DNA of 64,000 bases, from NCBI RefSeq assembly GCF_006345805.1, contig NC_042997.1, positions 166,160,001 to 166,224,000 on the forward strand, written 5' to 3'. Every line of letters begins with the position of its first letter. Position 1 is the first letter of the stretch. Shown here piece after piece: positions 61,236 through 64,000 of the stretch. The stretch is from Octopus sinensis. Its lineage: Eukaryota. The notes below the pieces were generated by a model that did no database searches, was not told where the DNA came from, and saw only the letters and a program-made list of their open reading frames with translations. Made by a program: the position numbers and the translations under genes.

Positions 61236-63058
61236 TGCGTGCGTGCGTGTGTGTGTGTGTGTGTGTGCTTGCGTTAATGTTTTTCTAAGATGGATATAAT
61301 TCGAGCACATTCTTTATAGTATTTACTTCTGCATTTCACGTTTCCAAGCTCAAATTCCGCCCAGGATAAGTTGTCTATTATTTCCTTCAAAAGATGATTA
61401 AAAAGAAAAGCATATAGTAGATATATTCGACGGTTGTCCGAAATTAATGCAAAATGTATGTGGGACAGCTTACACCCCTCCTTCATCAAGAACACATTGA
61501 TGACACGTTTCTTGAAACCCTTTATTTTCATACAATGAAATAGAACAAGAAGGAGAATTACTAAAGAGGAAGAGTTACTCTTGTAACTTATTCAACTTGA
61601 ATGACGTATGCCAGTTAATGAAAACTTTATATCCTTTGCTTTTATTCCGGAACAACCATCATATGTGTCGAAAGGTATCGGCTATATTTTACTTTGGCTT
61701 GCTTTTCCAGCTATTTTTGCCTCGTATGCAGTTTATATATTAAAACATTGCATCGAAAAGAGAGGATACAAATACATGGAGTAATGCCAGATATTGATAA
61801 GTCGGTACATATGTTGAGATGAACAGGAAATGAATTCCTCTCACCTTTTTAATAATTCCACATAATCTGAAGTCTTTACTTCACTATGTTTGCCGGTTTT
61901 TTACACCTTCAGAAAATGCTGGCTTCCATTTTATACTGAAATTATTAATCATTAGTTGTTTAGCTATTAAAGAGTTTCCATTACTGTATTACTCACTGTC
62001 TAAATTTATATGTTTTCATATCATATTATATTATATTATATTATTAAAATATGAAGTTTATTAAATTCACAGTATATAGAAGAATAAAACGGTTCATCCT
62101 GTTCTATGTAGGTTAGTCCGTACTTCCGTGAACGTATAGCCCTTTAAAGTATAATCTCAAGTATTTTGAATGATGCATTCAGATTGAAGGAGTAGCTCAA
62201 GCTGTTAGCGTGTAAGAAAAATGATCCACATGGGTATATGATGTGAGAGAGACAGACATCATGATAGACAGATAGATCAGAGAGAATGGGGGATGCGTGA
62301 GTGAAGAGAAGAGAGAAAAGAGAGAATAGTAGAAATGAAGATAAGCAATTGAAGTAAAAAGAATGAGAGAGAAAGTAAAAAAAAAAATAAAGTTAAAAGA
62401 TAAAAGGCCGGTATTATTCTTCGTCGGGGTAGATTCGGGGTGAGAGGTCAAGGGTAACGGTTTTGGTAAGGTAGAGGAGGAAAGATTTATAGCTTTTAGA
62501 GAGAATTAAATTGATAGATGAATTCTAGGTTCAGCATAGTCAGAAAGAATATTTATCTTCAGTTTAGTAGTCGGTAAAGGGAGCTAAAATGCTAGAAATA
62601 GATCCCTAACTTAAGGAGGGGGAATATATTTAAAATTAAAAGCTAAAAATTAAAAATTATGAATTAGCAATCAAAAAGATTAGTGTAGCAAGCGAACTTC
62701 GAATATACTTATGTTGATGTAATAAGTGTTAATAGAACTGCAAACATAGGTTCTATCGTATCTTTAGACTCTTCCACAAGTCCAAATGCAAGCAAAATCA
62801 ACACACATGACACCTGCCTCTCAACATTCACAGTCGTAACAATATACGTATTTTCTTCATCTACTAATATTTATTACCTCAACATATGTCCCTCCGAAGT
62901 TCGCTAGCTGCACTAATCTTTTTAATTGTTAATTTTTAGCAAGCTTGGAACCTAACAGATGGCCAGTTATAGCACTTACGTATGTATTGGTTCAGATCGT
63001 CAGTGAACTAAACCCCTCATATTACATGTATATATATCTAGTATATGTAAATCACAGT

Positions 63059-63253
63059 ATGCGTGTCTATATTGACTACGGAGAAAATGTGAAAGTCATT
63101 ATAATTGATAAAGACAGATACAACATGTTGAAGGAAATGTGTAACATTGATCCGCCGGGATTTGCGGTGGAGTTTGACGAACTGCCTTCAGTAGTGGAAT
63201 TAAGAGATCTGGAACCATTCATAATTTATTTTAAAAAAGGCAAAATTGTTTAA
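63059..63253 (+). CDS. Unassigned 64-aa ORF
   Basis: MRVYIDYGENVKVIIIDKDRYNMLKEMCNIDPPGFAVEFDELPSVVELRDLEPFIIYFKKGKIV*; protein-like composition, AATAAA overlapping the stop; no family recognised. Confidence 0.35.
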   Translation: MRVYIDYGENVKVIIIDKDRYNMLKEMCNIDPPGFAVEFDELPSVVELRDLEPFIIYFKKGKIV

Positions 63254-63504
63254 TAAAAAAGAGAGAGAACAAAAACGATGCTAATGGAAAAAAAAAAAAC
63301 AGGGTAAAAAAAAATTGTAAACTACGAGTAAAAACGTTCAAATGGTACTGCATGGGAGTGGGGCTCTTGCAGCCATTTCATTTTTCATTTTTATATAGCA
63401 TTTTTCTCATTTTTCATTTGTTTCATGTTTTTGTCCCCACTGTGGCGTTCTGTCTGTCCTTGTGCTGTACCCTCTGTGCTTGACCCTTGTGGTTGGAAAT
63501 AAAA

Positions 63505-64000
63505 ATCTATATTGACTAATGCATACATTTCCACAATTTTCAACCGATTTCCACCAAACTTTACACACGCATTACTTATGTGCCAAGGATGGCCATGCAC
63601 TATAACATTTTCCCCACAGCTCCGGCATAAATAGACAAACCGGGGAAAACCGTGGTTTACACGGATTTCTCCCTAATTCGTTGTATGTACATAGATTTTT
63701 TGTATGTAGGGTCTTCCATGCATTTTAAATCTGTATGGTCGTATATTAGCATTAGAGAGTATTTTTAGTGGTTTTCACTATTTTTTATTTATTATTTATT
63801 TATATGTTGTAATTGTGTATTATTACTTTCTTTTTTATATATGTGTTTTGGTTAGAGAATATAAAAGTGAAAGTCTATTTATTTCGACTGTTTTCCATAG
63901 TTTTTTAAAATTTATATGGTCGTGTATTAGCATAAGAGAATATTTTTAGTTGTTTTCAGATTATTTATTTATTATTTATTTATATATTAAACCGCCCAAA
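63505..64000 (+). mobile_element. Probable non-autonomous Helitron with an internal direct repeat (runs off window)
   Basis: A|TCTATAT start, CAATTTTCAACCGATTTCCACCAAACTT block; an ~80-bp repeat at ~63725 and ~63905. Confidence 0.5.

Noticed and set aside
61274-61531. 85-aa minus ORF as a host exon
   Set aside because: No recognisable domain, weak splice signals and no partner exons in the window.

Overview
AT-rich, microsatellite-dense eukaryotic DNA made almost entirely of transposable elements and their relics. The tRNA-derived SINE families suggest an octopus (coleoid cephalopod) genome; that is recognition from memory, not a database result. I found no recognisable host protein-coding exon. 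Main components: (1) a near-intact full-length Tx1/L1-clade LINE (35.8-42.1 kb, minus) flanked by (GATA)n, plus two older relatives; (2) a young non-autonomous Ty3/Gypsy-type LTR element (587-bp LTRs, tRNA-Trp PBS, 4-bp TSD) nested in a hAT transposase relic; (3) several mariner/Tc1/maT copies, one full-length with two frameshifts; (4) two Penelope-like (GIY-YIG) fragments and a family of short (TA)n-associated repeats carrying minimal hammerhead ribozyme motifs, one with a U3/A8 double change that would preserve the catalytic 3-8 tertiary pair; (5) R4/Dong-like, RTE, CR1 and L2 LINE fragments, non-autonomous Helitrons, MITEs and four SINE families; (6) a hairpin-rich ~487-bp satellite with a fold-back inversion; (7) a 5S rRNA-derived fragment and an unexplained 64-aa ORF. 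Coordinates of degraded relics are approximate (tens of bp). Scattered homopolymer indels suggest that some frameshifts are long-read consensus errors.
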